Assembly (NCBI RefSeq): GCF_006345805.1
Contig: NC_043018.1
Coordinates: forward strand, 26,970,001-27,034,000
Length of the DNA: 64,000 nucleotides
Direction: 5' to 3'
From: Octopus sinensis
Lineage: Eukaryota
The notes beneath the pieces were generated by a model. That model had not been told where the DNA came from, did not search any database, and was given only the letters and a program-made list of their open reading frames with translations. The translations under genes and the position numbers were made by a program. Below, piece after piece: positions 48,742 to 61,279 of the stretch (the stretch's first letter is position 1; each line of letters starts with the position of its first letter).

Positions 48742-49062
48742 TGAGGGCGCGTGGCTTAGTGGTTAGGGCACTCGGCTCATGATCGTGACGTTGTGAGTTT
48801 GATTCCCGGCTACGCGTTGTGTCCTTGAGCAAGACACATTATTTCACGTTGCTCCAGTCCAATCAGCTGGCAAAAATGAGTAGTATCTGTATTTCAAAGG
48901 CCAGCCTCGTCACACTCTGTGTCACGCTGAATCTCCTTGCGAACTATGTTAAGGGTACACGTGTCTGTGGAGTGCTCAGCCACTTGCACGTTAATTTCAC
49001 AAGCAAGCTGTTCCGTTGATCGTATCAGCTGGGACCCTCGTCGTCGTAACCGACGGAGTGCT
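48742..49062 (+). mobile_element. tRNA-derived SINE family B, full-length
   Basis: A box TGGCTTAGTGG, B box GAGTTTGATTCC, body CCTTGAGCAAGACAC, tail GTCGTAACCGACGGAGTGC. Confidence 0.88.
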
Positions 49063-49145
49063 AAAGAAAAAGAGTGGATAACGTGTAACTATATCGAGGA
49101 AAACAGTTTCATAATGATAATAATAATAATCAAACTAATCATCAT

Positions 49146-49348
49146 TTCTACTATAGGAGCAAGGCCTGAAATTTTGAGGTGAGGGGGCTAGTCGATTACA
49201 TCGGACCCCAGTACTCAACTGGTATCTGACGTCGGAAGGATGAAGGGCAAAGTCAACCTCGGCGGAATTTGAACTCAGAATGTGAAGGCGGGCCAAATGC
49301 TGCTGAGCATTTTGCCCGGCGTGCTAACGATTCTGCCAGCTCGCTGCC
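49146..49348 (-). mobile_element. SINE family C variant
   Basis: AAAGTCAACCTCGGCGGAATTTGAACTCAGAA...CTGCCAGCTCGCTGCC. Confidence 0.85.
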
Positions 49349-49357
49349 TTAATGATT

Positions 49358-49389
<32 letters not shown>

Positions 49390-49415
49390 AATAATAATAA
49401 TAATAATAATAATAA

Positions 49416-49969
49416 ATGCCCTGATGCAGTACCAGGCAGTGGCTCTCGTGGTTTCTGATCTTAACTGATTGGAAGTGTTATGGACACTGTTTTGTCTCGG
49501 TATAAAATATGGGCTACAGCAAATATTCTGCTCAATACCACAGATTTGCTTGTCAGTTGCTTGACCATAACCAGTTGAGCATGTCCCTTAGTGGCTGACG
49601 ATATGTGCATCTCTGATCACGAGCAGAAGTAGTGGGGGAGCATCATAGCCATGTGTTGAGAAGGATTCTTTGGGGTTTGAATAATTCGCCTCTGGAAACA
49701 TGGGTGTTTCGTTCAACATCCTAAAACAACCCTTATTCAGGGACCTTTTGAGCGGGATGGGCTACTCGACCAGAAGAAAATTCTAACTGGGCCCCACCTG
49801 CAAGATCATATGCTGTTTACTTTGATATGAGAGCACCATGTCGCGCACATATGGTTGTGATGCATGTGCCTGGTGTACCCTTATCAGACGGGTAGTCATG
49901 ATGAGTATACTGGGCTTCGTATATTTTACCCCCAGTGTCACTTTGATGGCATGCACTGCTCTCTCATTC
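49416..49969. mobile_element. Interspersed repeat family D, copy 2
   Basis: Colinear with 27863-28418 and (TAA)n-flanked. Confidence 0.85.
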
Positions 49970-51301
49970 AATAATAATAGATGCAGTAGTGACGATGATA
50001 ATGGCAGTCGAATAAATTGCATCATTAGTACATCTGAGAAGGTAAAAAAGAAATCTATTTGCGAATTTAATCCCAGAGTTACCATTATTTAATGCGTTTC
50101 ATCATTTCAGCTTTTAAATAAGATTTCTACTTTAGCGACCGAACATCAAAGGAAAATTCGAAACGTAATTTCATTCGAACATATTTCATTTGGAATGGAA
50201 TCATTTTAACAGTTTCTAAAAGAGGTTTGAAAGCCTTGGCTTTTATTTGCTATTGTTATTGTTGTTGTCTTTGCAGTAAAAACCGAAGAATAGATCATCC
50301 AGGAGTTAATGTCTTCTAATTTATTTTCTATCTTTTACTTGTTTCAGTCATTAGACTGCGGCCATGCCGAGGCACTGCCTTGAAGAATTTTAACCGAACA
50401 AAGCGACTCTAGTGCTTATTTTTTAAAGCCTGTCACTTAACTAAACACACCAACACCATTTGTCAAGCGGTGATGGTGGTGGTGGCCAAAAAAATGCACA
50501 CACACACATACATACGCAAATATAATGGGCTTCTTTTTATCAAATCTGATTAGGAGGCTTTGATCAGCCCAAGGCTACAGTAGAGTTAGACTGAATGCGG
50601 AAGCCATACCTGTGCCTATATTAATTATATATTTTCTCGCGCAATTTCAGCACAATATCTTCTTTGGTTTCCAACAGCCCAATCATTGGTTGGCAACCAT
50701 TGCGATGACAAGTGCGACTAAGGAGTTTCTGTCTAACTCACTCTTGAAACAATATCACCAGCGCCTTTATCTGCAAAGCACTGACGTTTAGTTGTGTCTT
50801 TCTCTTTTGAATAACCAAAAGTTGCATATATTGCGTTTCTTTTCTTTGAAAAGGGTGAAAGCATTGCAGAACCATTTGCAAATGGATGCCTTCTACTTAC
50901 CTTTAACTTGTATTAGTCATTAGCCTAAGGCCATGCTGGGGCACCGGTAATGTTGCTGTAAGCGAATCAACGGTTTTGGGGATGGTCGGTTACATTCAAA
51001 CGAAGGGATTTCAGCTTAGAAGATGCAAATGTGAACAAATTTTTTAGTAGCCACTCCAAGCAACAATTCTTATAATTAAGTGAGAAAAATATTCACTTAA
51101 CGTAAACCGCTAACTAGGAAGAAGACTACGCCCCCAAACAAAAATTTCTCACAATTAAGTGAGAAAAAATATTCGCTCCATGCTGGTAGACCAGAATTCA
51201 GAATCCAGATGGACTAATGACTGAAACAAGTGAAAGATAGAAAATAAATTAGAAGACATTAACTCCTGGATGATCTATTCTTCGGTTTTTACTGCAAAGA
51301 C

Positions 51302-51590
51302 CTTCAGAGTTGGACGATCTTTTGAAGGCGAACATTGGAGCGAAGCCAAAATTCACAAGTGAGATTCCGGAAATGTTGAACGTTCCAGAAAGTACTGTTC
51401 ATGAACGTTTATTGAAACTTGGATATATTTACCGCTATGATGTATGGGTCCCTCATAACTTGCCAGAAAAAAACTGCATGGACCGGTATTCCATTTGTGA
51501 CATGGCCTTAAAACTCAGTGAAACTGAATCTTTTATCCAAACCATTGGTAAATTGGCGAGTGGAGATGCAAAAAGGATTGTCTACGCTTA
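51302..51590 (+). pseudogene. Mariner transposase fragment
   Basis: EIPEMLNVPESTVHERL.KLGY..RYDVWVPHNL.EKN...R.SICD...SGDAKRIVY (WVPHEL and TGDEKW motifs, decayed). Confidence 0.85.
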
Positions 51591-51896
51591 TTTTTTTGTT
51601 CCTTCTCGAGCCATGCTTGGCTCATAAGGGCCGGTTTCCCGGTTTCTTGGCGTATAGGTTCCCCACCTGGACAGGACGCCGGTCCGTCGCAGATGAGCTG
51701 CCAGATGCAGGAGGAAAGAGTGAGAGAAAGTTGTGGCGAAAGAGTCAGCAGAAGTTCGCCATTACCTTCTGCCAGAGCCGCGAGAAGCTTAGGTGTTTTC
51801 GTTCATAAACACACAAAATCGCCCGGTCTGAGATTCGAACCCACGATCCCTCGACCGCGAGTCCACTGCTCTAACCACGAGGCCATGTGCCTCCAC
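51591..51896 (-). mobile_element. tRNA-derived SINE family E, full-length
   Basis: Minus strand head GTGGAGGCACATGGCCTCGTGGTTAGAGC...GGGTTCGAATCTC; body TGCGACGGACCGGCGTCCTGTCCAGG...GAAACCGGG; A-rich tail. Confidence 0.85.
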
Positions 51897-52630
51897 GTTT
51901 ACGCTTATTATGTAATGCAAAGATGATCCCGGGGTTTGCATGAGAATCTACTAAAATTACTACCAAAGCGAAATATACAAAAACAAATGATGGATTTTAG
52001 TCGAACAAATCGACTCCATGACATTTTTTAAAAGCCTAGTACTTATTCGATCGGTCTCTTTGGCCGAGCCGCTATGTGACCGGGATATTAAACACACGCG
52101 GACCGGTTGTAAAGCGCTGGTGGTCGTGAGGAACAAATACAGACACAAACACACAGACACGCACATAGATATAAAAGAAAGTCCTCGGGAACTTCGGCCC
52201 CTACATCTACGGGACGAAGCGTTGCAAGTTATGCAGAGTTGAACACACGAGAATCCTAAAAAACTCATTCGAACCAGGAAACATCCTTAACTCCAGAACG
52301 GATATTTTCGGGTCATGTTTACATCTCAGAAGGTTCCTGTTAGCTTTTTGGAGTCCGCAAGATGGCAGCACAGCCGGAAGTCGATAGCCAATAGCAAAGG
52401 GAGATAATCCCCAATTGTTACCTCTGAGTAGCGAGGCATTTCCCCCTCCATATTTTAAAGAGGTCATGAGCCAACAGGTTTTAGGGATCTGGCGATACGC
52501 CATAAAGATAAACCCTTTATGGACGGGAAACCTAAGGTAATCCCATAAACCGGCCTTCCCCATTTTTAATACATACTGCTCTACGTCTTAGACTGTGCTT
52601 CTTCTGTCGGATATATGTTTTTTACAAACG

Positions 52631-52696
<66 letters not shown>

Positions 52697-54260
52697 TCAC
52701 AATCACATACGCACACACCAACATAAACACGCACACGCACACACACACCTACACTCCCACACACATGCACACGCACCTACATACACACACGCACGCATAC
52801 ACACGCATACTCACATACATTACACACGTACACACACACCTACATACACATGCATACACACACCACACAAACATGCACGGACACACCCAGACATACACAC
52901 ATACACCTATAACACACGCCCACACACCTACATACACACACATATACACACGCCACACACCTACATACACAACATACATACAACACATACACGGACACAC
53001 CCATAAATACTTACATACATACACCTATACACACACGCCTACACACCTACATACACACACATGCATACACAACACACATGTACGCACATACACACACTAT
53101 ACGCACATACATATATACCCACACACATGCACACACACACACACATACGCACATGCATGCATGCATGCACACGCGCACACCTACACGCATACACACACAC
53201 AACGCACGTACACATACATACATACACACACGCATACATACACCCATACACATACATGCATCCTACACACACTACATACACACCACACATACATACACAC
53301 ATACACTCACTCACACACCTGTATGTACGCGCACACACATGCACATACACACACTTCCCCACACCCACACGTACATACATACACACTCACGCAATACACA
53401 CAACACACACACACACGGACATACATCTATGCACACACATACATACACACATACTCACATAATTCATCGGACACACTGCCACCCAGACATACAGACACCT
53501 CTCACACATCCACACACATACATACTTACGCGCATACTCGCAGGCGCGCGCACACACGCGCTTGCGCCGGTTCGCGCACGCATACGCGCCGCATGCACCT
53601 CGCTCTTGGACCCGACGAGACCCCGCCCGTTCCTGGGCCCGTCGCGTGTCGTTGGGTTTTCCCACGCCCGTCTCCGCGGGAACACTCTTCCATCTTCCTC
53701 AGCTGGAGTCCTTTTTCCTTAACCCCCCCCCTTTTTCGTTACACCACAAGCGCACACATATACACACATTGCTTAAATATAAATTACTCTTACCACATTC
53801 AATCTACTCGCCATTAATACCACCACGACACTGGACACACACACACACTACTACTCAACACACGCTGGCACGCTACATACGCCCCCACCCCTTCCCCTCC
53901 CTCCCTTCCTCCTTCCTTCTTTTTCTTACTACTGACCTGGTCTGCTAAGCTGACCACTGTCTCGCCCTACCTCACACGCCTACACACAGACGCACACACT
54001 AACACACACATATATTTTTTTGTTTTTTCATCTCGCCTCACACACACACCACACACACGCACACGCACACACTCACACATACACACACATCTGTTGCGTT
54101 ACCAACCTTGTCTCCACTCTTTTGCCTTTAAAAACCCACTTTGCTCTGTTATCGTAAACATCCGCCTTTCACCATGTGCAACTCGTAAACACCAGTCGTC
54201 TTTTTTCTCTTTCCCTGTTGCCCGCTCTGGATCTTTCTTTCCTCTCTCTTCCTTCTTTAT

Positions 54261-54295
54261 GTTTCCGACGAAGAGCTCCGCTCGAAACGTCATAC
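54261..54295 (+). ncRNA. Hammerhead-like motif (U4C variant) in the 5' pLTR
   Basis: GTTT-CCGACGA-A-GAGCTCCGCTC-GAAA-CGTC-ATAC; same core as 36046-36080. Confidence 0.55.
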
Positions 54296-55269
54296 CTCCC
54301 TGCTTCCATTCCTGAGCGCCTATTAATAATAATACTGTAATTGTTCCATTGTTGTTGTTTTTTTGTTTCCGTTTGGATTAAAAAATTATACCACTGCGCG
54401 CCTACACGGACCCCTTGTACCTTGGATACCAACTCCCGGATTTTTTGCACCTACGGATTATTGTTACCATTCTTCCTGACCTACGGATCACCCGCAAACC
54501 TTCTTCAGGAGTACCGCCATTACCGTGATTGAAAATCATTACCTAATCTGTCCGTTGACTCTTCAAATCTCTTTCCTGACTTTTTCAACTTTTTTCTATT
54601 GTTCAAACCGTCTTCCCCTTTTTCTTCTTTCGTTGTTTTCCTGTGTCTCTCCTTTTTCCTGTTTCGCCACCAACCCACCTTTACCTGTTTGCCACCACTT
54701 CTCATCATGCCTGACTTGCACTCGTTCGTCCAACACTTCAATCCCTCTCAGCCGCTACCTCGCGTTCTTCCCCCACAATGTTCCGCCCCTGCTATAAAAC
54801 TTCCCCGCTTGCTTTTTAAGAAAACCCGCCACTCTAGTCTCTTTCCTTTCTTAGCCGGTGCCTCCGCCATCATGTCCACACCCGCGGTTTCCTCTTGAAG
54901 TTCCACGCTATCCCCTATTCTCCCCCCCTTCATCGAACCCACCCTCGCTCGTACCTCCCGCTCCCTCCTCCGCGCCCACCATCCGCTCCACCCGCCCCCT
55001 CCTTGACTCCCTCGACCATCAACTTCCCCAGGCCTACCTCCTTCTCTCCGCTCTCTGCCCTCCACTCTTCACCCAACCTATCCTCCGCTTCATTCTTAAT
55101 CTCAACCACCAACTCTACAACCACCTCACACACACAAAAAAAAAAAACTCACCTCCTCCTCAACCCCTCACCCCTTCCCCATCCTCCCCCACTGTTCCCC
55201 CCCTCCTTCGCACCTACCCCCCACTTTCCACGGACCCACACCCCCCACCGTGACCTTCCTACGCCTAAC

Positions 55270-57547
55270 CCATCTTCACCCAACCACCCCTACCACCCCT
55301 TCACACCCTGCACCCCCTCCGCCTGCCCCTAGTCCTCCCACCACCGCTTCCTCGCGCTGTTGTCACTATACCCCCCACCTCCCCCTCTCCGCCGCTGAGC
55401 GCTCCCTCCTCAGTAAGGGTCTCCGCTTCACGCCACTCACGCGCCACTGTGATGAGTTCGAGACTCGGGCGGACGTCAACCTGTTCCTGCGCCGCCTCAA
55501 ACTTCGCGCATACTACCACGCGTCCCGCAGCGTCACAACAATCAGGATTTTTTTTGGAGCTGGGGCGTCGTCCATCCATCTGGACGCCGCCCCCAGGCCT
55601 TTTCAGTAGCCTAGATTCGTTTGTACATGACTGCAACGCTTTGGTCCACCGTTTCAACTTTGAACCAAGACCCCGCCGAGCCAACCTCACTCGGGCCGAA
55701 TCCATTGCCCTTCGCCACCTCCGCCGTCGTGATGACATTGTCATCAAACCGGCGGACAAAGGCGGGGCAGTGGTAGTAGTGTGGCGCGCGGACCTATACA
55801 GGGAGGAAGCGCTCAACCAGCTTCAAAATCCACTCTTCTATCGCCTCCTCCCCTCCGATCCCACCTCCTCCTACCAACAGCGAGTGTCCTCCACCATCCA
55901 CGACCTCATCTCCTCCTCCGCTCTCCCCCTCACCGCCACCAACCTCATCGTCCGCACACCCCGCAGCTCCACCATCTACTTCCTTCCCAAGATCCATAAA
56001 CCCTCTAATCCTGGCCGTCCCATAGTCTCTGCCTGTAATTGCCCCACTGAACTCATCTCCCTATACCTCGACCGCATCCTGTCCCCCTTAGTCGCAGCCC
56101 TCCCATCCCACATACACGACACCAACCACGCCCTCCGTCTCTTCAATTCCTTTTCCTTCCCTTCCAGCCCTCACACCTCCTCTTCACTTTAGATGTAAAA
56201 TCCCTGTACACAGTGATTCCCCACAATGACGGTCTCCTAGCCTCCAACACTTCCTCGACCGTCGTCCCGACCCCACCCCCAGAGCCCCCCACCCTTCTCC
56301 GTTTGGCGAGCTCGTCCTCACCCTCAATTGCTTCACGTTCGCCGGGGAAACGTAACAACAGGTGTCCGGGGTCGCGATGGGAACTAGGATGGGCCCCAAT
56401 TTCGCCAATCTCTTTCTTGGCCACATTGAGGCCCAAGTGTTCTCCCATTCTCTGGGCCGACCCCCGAACTATACGGTCGCTATTCGACGACTGCGTAGGT
56501 GCCACCTCCCTTTCCCGTGAACTTCTCTGCCAATTCATCTCTTTCCTTTCCAACTTTCACCCCTCTCTTCAATTCACCTCCACCATCTCCAACACCTCTG
56601 TCAACTTCCTCGACATCTCTCTCCGCATCGATCACCCCTCCAGCTCTCTCACCACCACCGCCTTCTTTAAACCTACGGATTCCCACCTCTATCTCAACTT
56701 CTCTTCCTCCACCCCTTCCACACCAAACGAGCCATCCCCTACTCCCAGTTCCTCCGCCTCCGACGTTTGTGCAGCCGCGACCAGGATTTCGAGACCCAAT
56801 CTCAATACCTGGCCCGCATGTTCAGACTCCGAGGTTACCCACCCATACTCCTCTCTGATGCCCTCACCCGCGCCCGTCGCATCGACCGCACTACCGCCCT
56901 GTCTCCTTCCCCCCGCCCACCCCCAACCGCACCCCCTTCCCCCTCCTTTTCCACCCCTCTCCTACCCCTACCCCTTCGTCGCAAGATACTACGTGCCTTC
57001 CGTCGCCTCCAGCTTGATCCCACCACCCGCCCCATTTTCCCTAACCTACCCCTGTCCTCTTTCAAACGAGCCCGCAATCTGCGTGACCTCCTGGTCCACA
57101 GCACCCTCTCTCCTTCCCCCTCAGCCCCCCACGGATCATTCCCTTGCTCTAGATCCCGCTGCAACACTTGCCCCTTCATCACCACACCACGCTGTCACCG
57201 GCTCCAACCTGCACACTGTACGCATTAGGCACTCTTTTACGTGCACCTCGTCTGGCCTTATTTACTGCATTAAATGCAACCTATGCGGGATGCTGTATGT
57301 AGGACAGACGGACGCCGGTTGTCGACCGTTTCACTTCACTGAACACTTGAGGGACGTTCGCCTACACTCTCTTTCTCCCGTCGCACGCCACTTCCGCTCG
57401 GCCGGCCATTCCCTAGATGACATCTCAGTGTTTGGTCTCGCCCCCCACAATGGTCGCCCACTTTCCAGGCTCCACTTGGAGCAACGCTACATCTTCACCC
57501 TACAAACTACCACCCCACACGGACTTAACACAGCCCCCTCCTCTTGA
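55270..57547 (+). pseudogene. Penelope RT + Cys-rich linker + GIY-YIG endonuclease ORF (frameshifted as given)
   Basis: LLSKGLRFTP, IVIKPADKGGAVVV, YFLPKIHK..NPGRPIVS, DVKSLYT, GVAMGT.MGP.FANLF, Y.DD, FLD, FKPTDSHLYL, CSRSRCNTC, LIYCIKCNLCGMLYVGQT, LEQRYI..L.T..PHGLN. Confidence 0.93.
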
Positions 57548-60448
57548 GATCTGTTTTTTTTTTTTTTTTGTGGACACCACCCACACACACCCTCCCACCT
57601 ACCTCCCACACGCACACACCCACCCACCTACCTCCCACACGCCTGTTCACACACACACATACGTAGACCCATCTACGTACATACATTCACACATTTAATC
57701 ACACACACTTACAGACATACTAGCACACACTAACATACAAACCAACATGCACATACACACACACATACATACATACGCACACACATACATACTTACACAC
57801 ACACACACACAGACATACATACACACATACACACACACATACACACGCACATACATACACACACACTCACACACACACACCGCACGTACATACTTCACAC
57901 ACACACACATGCACACATACATGTAGGTACATACATACATACATACCCACACATGCACACCCTTACACTGAATGCACACACACATACACCTTTTTGCATC
58001 CAGGCAGCCCCCCCTCTTCTGCTTTCCGGTTTTGGCTGATGGATCCTCGGTTCCCGCGTAGCGGGGCGTTCGAGGGCCTTTGCGCTCGCGCGCCTTGGCG
58101 CGTGCTGGGGGCTTGGTCGGCCCCTTGGGCTTGCGTTGTACTGCTTGTGCGTTGTGTGCGTGAGCGCGCTTCGTGTGTGTGGGCTTGCTTCGGATGTGCG
58201 CGTGCGTATGTATGCATACATACCCACACACTCGCATGCATCCCTACCCACATACATACACGCACACCTACTCACACACACACACATACACACACACACA
58301 CACATACCTGCACACACACACACATACATACATACACATACAGACCTACTTCAGACATACACACACACAGACATACACCCATACACTCACACTCACACGC
58401 ATACACACACACATACACACGCACACGTACACATACACACACACCTACATACATACATTACACTTGTATACACACACACTTACATTCATACACACACACA
58501 CCTACACAGCCATACCCTCACTCAGACACACACATCTACCCACACACACACACAAACCACACAGACACACACCCATACATACATACATCTACACACACAC
58601 GCCTACACACATACATACACACATACATAAACACACACACATACACATATACACACATACGCACACACACATATACTTATACACATGCACAACACACACA
58701 TACATACATACACCCATATACATACACACACACATACCCACATACTCCTATACGCACATACATACACACAGACATACACACACCACACTCACACAAACAT
58801 ACACACACACATACTTACACACACACTCACCTGCACGCGCACACACATGCATGACAAACCCCATACACTCACACTCACATACGCACACACCAACATAAAC
58901 ACGCACACGCACACACACACCTACACTCCACACACACACACACGCACCTACATACACACACGCACGCATACAACACACATACATTACACACGTACACACA
59001 CACCTACATACACATGCATACACACACACACACAAACATGCACGGACACACCCAGACATACACACATACACCTATATACACACGCCCACACACCTACATA
59101 CACACACATATACACACGCCCACACACACTACATACACACACATACGTACACACACATACACGGACACACCCATACATACTTACATACATACACCTATAC
59201 ACACACGCCTACACACCTACATACACACACATGCATACACACACACACACATGTACGCACATACACACACATATACGCACATACATATATACCCACACAC
59301 ATTCACACACACACACACACACATACGCACATGCATGCATGCATGCACACGCGCACACCTACACGCATACACACACACACACGCACGTACACATACATAC
59401 ATACACACACGCATACATACACCCATACAAATACATGCATCCTAAACACACATACATACACACTCACACATACATACACACACACACACTCACTCACACA
59501 CCTGTATGTACGCGCACACACATGCACATACACACTCTTCCCCACACCCACACGTACATACATACACACTCACGCACATACACACACACACACGGACATA
59601 CATCTATGCACACACATACATACACACATACTCACATACATTCATCGGACACACTGCCACCCAGACATACACACAGACACACTCACACATCCACACACAT
59701 ACATACTTACGCGCATACTCGCAGGCGCGTGCACACACGCGCTTGCGCCGGTTCGCGCACGCATACGCGCCGCATGCACCTCGCTCTTGGACCCGACGAG
59801 ACCTCCCGCCCGTTCCTGGGACCGTCGCGTGTCGTTGGGTTTTCCCACGCCCATCTCCGCGGGACCACTCTTCCATCTTCCCCTCAGCTGGAGTCCTTTT
59901 TCCTTAACCCCCCCCCTTTTTCGTTACACACACGCGCACACATATACACACATTGCTTAAATATATACATTACTCTTACACACATTCAATCTACTCGCCA
60001 TTAATACCACCACGACACTGGACACACACACACTACTACTCAACACACGCTGGCACGCTACATACGCCCCCACCCCTTCCCCTCCCTCCCTTCCTCCTTC
60101 CTTCTTTTTCTTACTACTGACCTGGTCTGCTAAGCTGACCACTGTCTCGCCCTACCTCACACGCCTACACACAGACGCACACACTAACACACACATATAT
60201 TTTTTTGTTTTTTCATCTCGCCTCACACACACACATACACACACGCACACGCACACACTCACACATACACACACATCTGTTGCGTTACCAACCTTGTCTC
60301 CACTCTTTTGCCTTTAAAAACCCACTTTGCTCTTGTTATCGTAAACATCCGCCTTTCACAATGTGCAACTCGTAAACACCAGTCGTCTTTTTTCTCTTTC
60401 CCTGTTGCCCGCTCTGGGATCTTTCTTTCCTCTCTCTTCCTTCTTTAT

Positions 60449-60483
60449 GTTTCCGACGAAGAGCTCCGCTCGAAACGTCATAC
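60449..60483 (+). ncRNA. Hammerhead-like motif (U4C variant) in the 3' pLTR
   Basis: Identical to 54261-54295. Confidence 0.55.
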
Positions 60484-60569
60484 CTCGCTGCTTCCATTTC
60501 CTGAGCGCCTATTAATAATAATACTGTAATTGTTCCATTGTTGTTGTTTTTTTGTTTCCCGTTTGGATT

Positions 60570-60600
<31 letters not shown>

Positions 60601-60627
60601 CGTACATATATACGTATATATATATAG

Positions 60628-60835
60628 CTGGAATTTACAAAAAAAAAACTAAACAAAACAAAAGACGAAGACGGGTGTGTAAACAAACAAACAGATGTAT
60701 TAGTTTAACGCTCGGGAAGGTGAGAAAGTCGTTTACGTTTCGAGCCTACGCTCTTCGGCAGATAGGAACACGAGAAAATAAAGAGAGAGAATAAAAAAGA
60801 GGTTTAGTGGCTAGCCATCAATCATGGCATAAGTG
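60628..60835 (-). mobile_element. Inverted pLTR fragment of a related Penelope-like family
   Basis: Minus strand CTGCCGA-A-GAGC GTAG GCTC-GAAA-CGTA (60731-60764) followed by a T-rich tail ending at (TA)n. Confidence 0.6.
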
Positions 60836-60883
60836 AGCCGTGTATGTATATATATATATATATATAATATATATATATATATA

Positions 60884-60925
<42 letters not shown>

Positions 60926-61279
60926 CACAGACAGCTCGCTTACGCACAAAAGCCCTTGTACATAATTCGATGAATCTGAGATTTAGCAAAATGTTACAAA
61001 ACCATTATGAAAATTTTCAAAAAAAAAGAAAAAAGATAACTGTGGGATTTTTGGGTTTTGCGAGAATATTTTTTTTTGTACAAACAGGAAGTCCATCTGA
61101 ATTCTGGTCTACCAGGATGGAGCGAATATTTTTTCTCACTTAATTGTGAGAATTTTTTGTTTGGGAGCGTATTCTTCTTCCTAGTTAGTGGTTTACGTAA
61201 GGTGAATATTTTTCTCACTTAATTATGAGAATTGTTGTTTGGAGGGGTATCGTGCCTACTAAAAAATTTGTTGCTGTTT

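Larger units (their letters stand above)
52703..60578 (+). mobile_element. Near full-length Penelope-like element (Neptune-type) with ~1.7-kb direct pseudo-LTRs
   Basis: 52703-54390 is repeated at 58875-60578; the ORF encodes PLE RT and GIY-YIG endonuclease; both ends abut (TA)-rich microsatellite. Confidence 0.92.
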
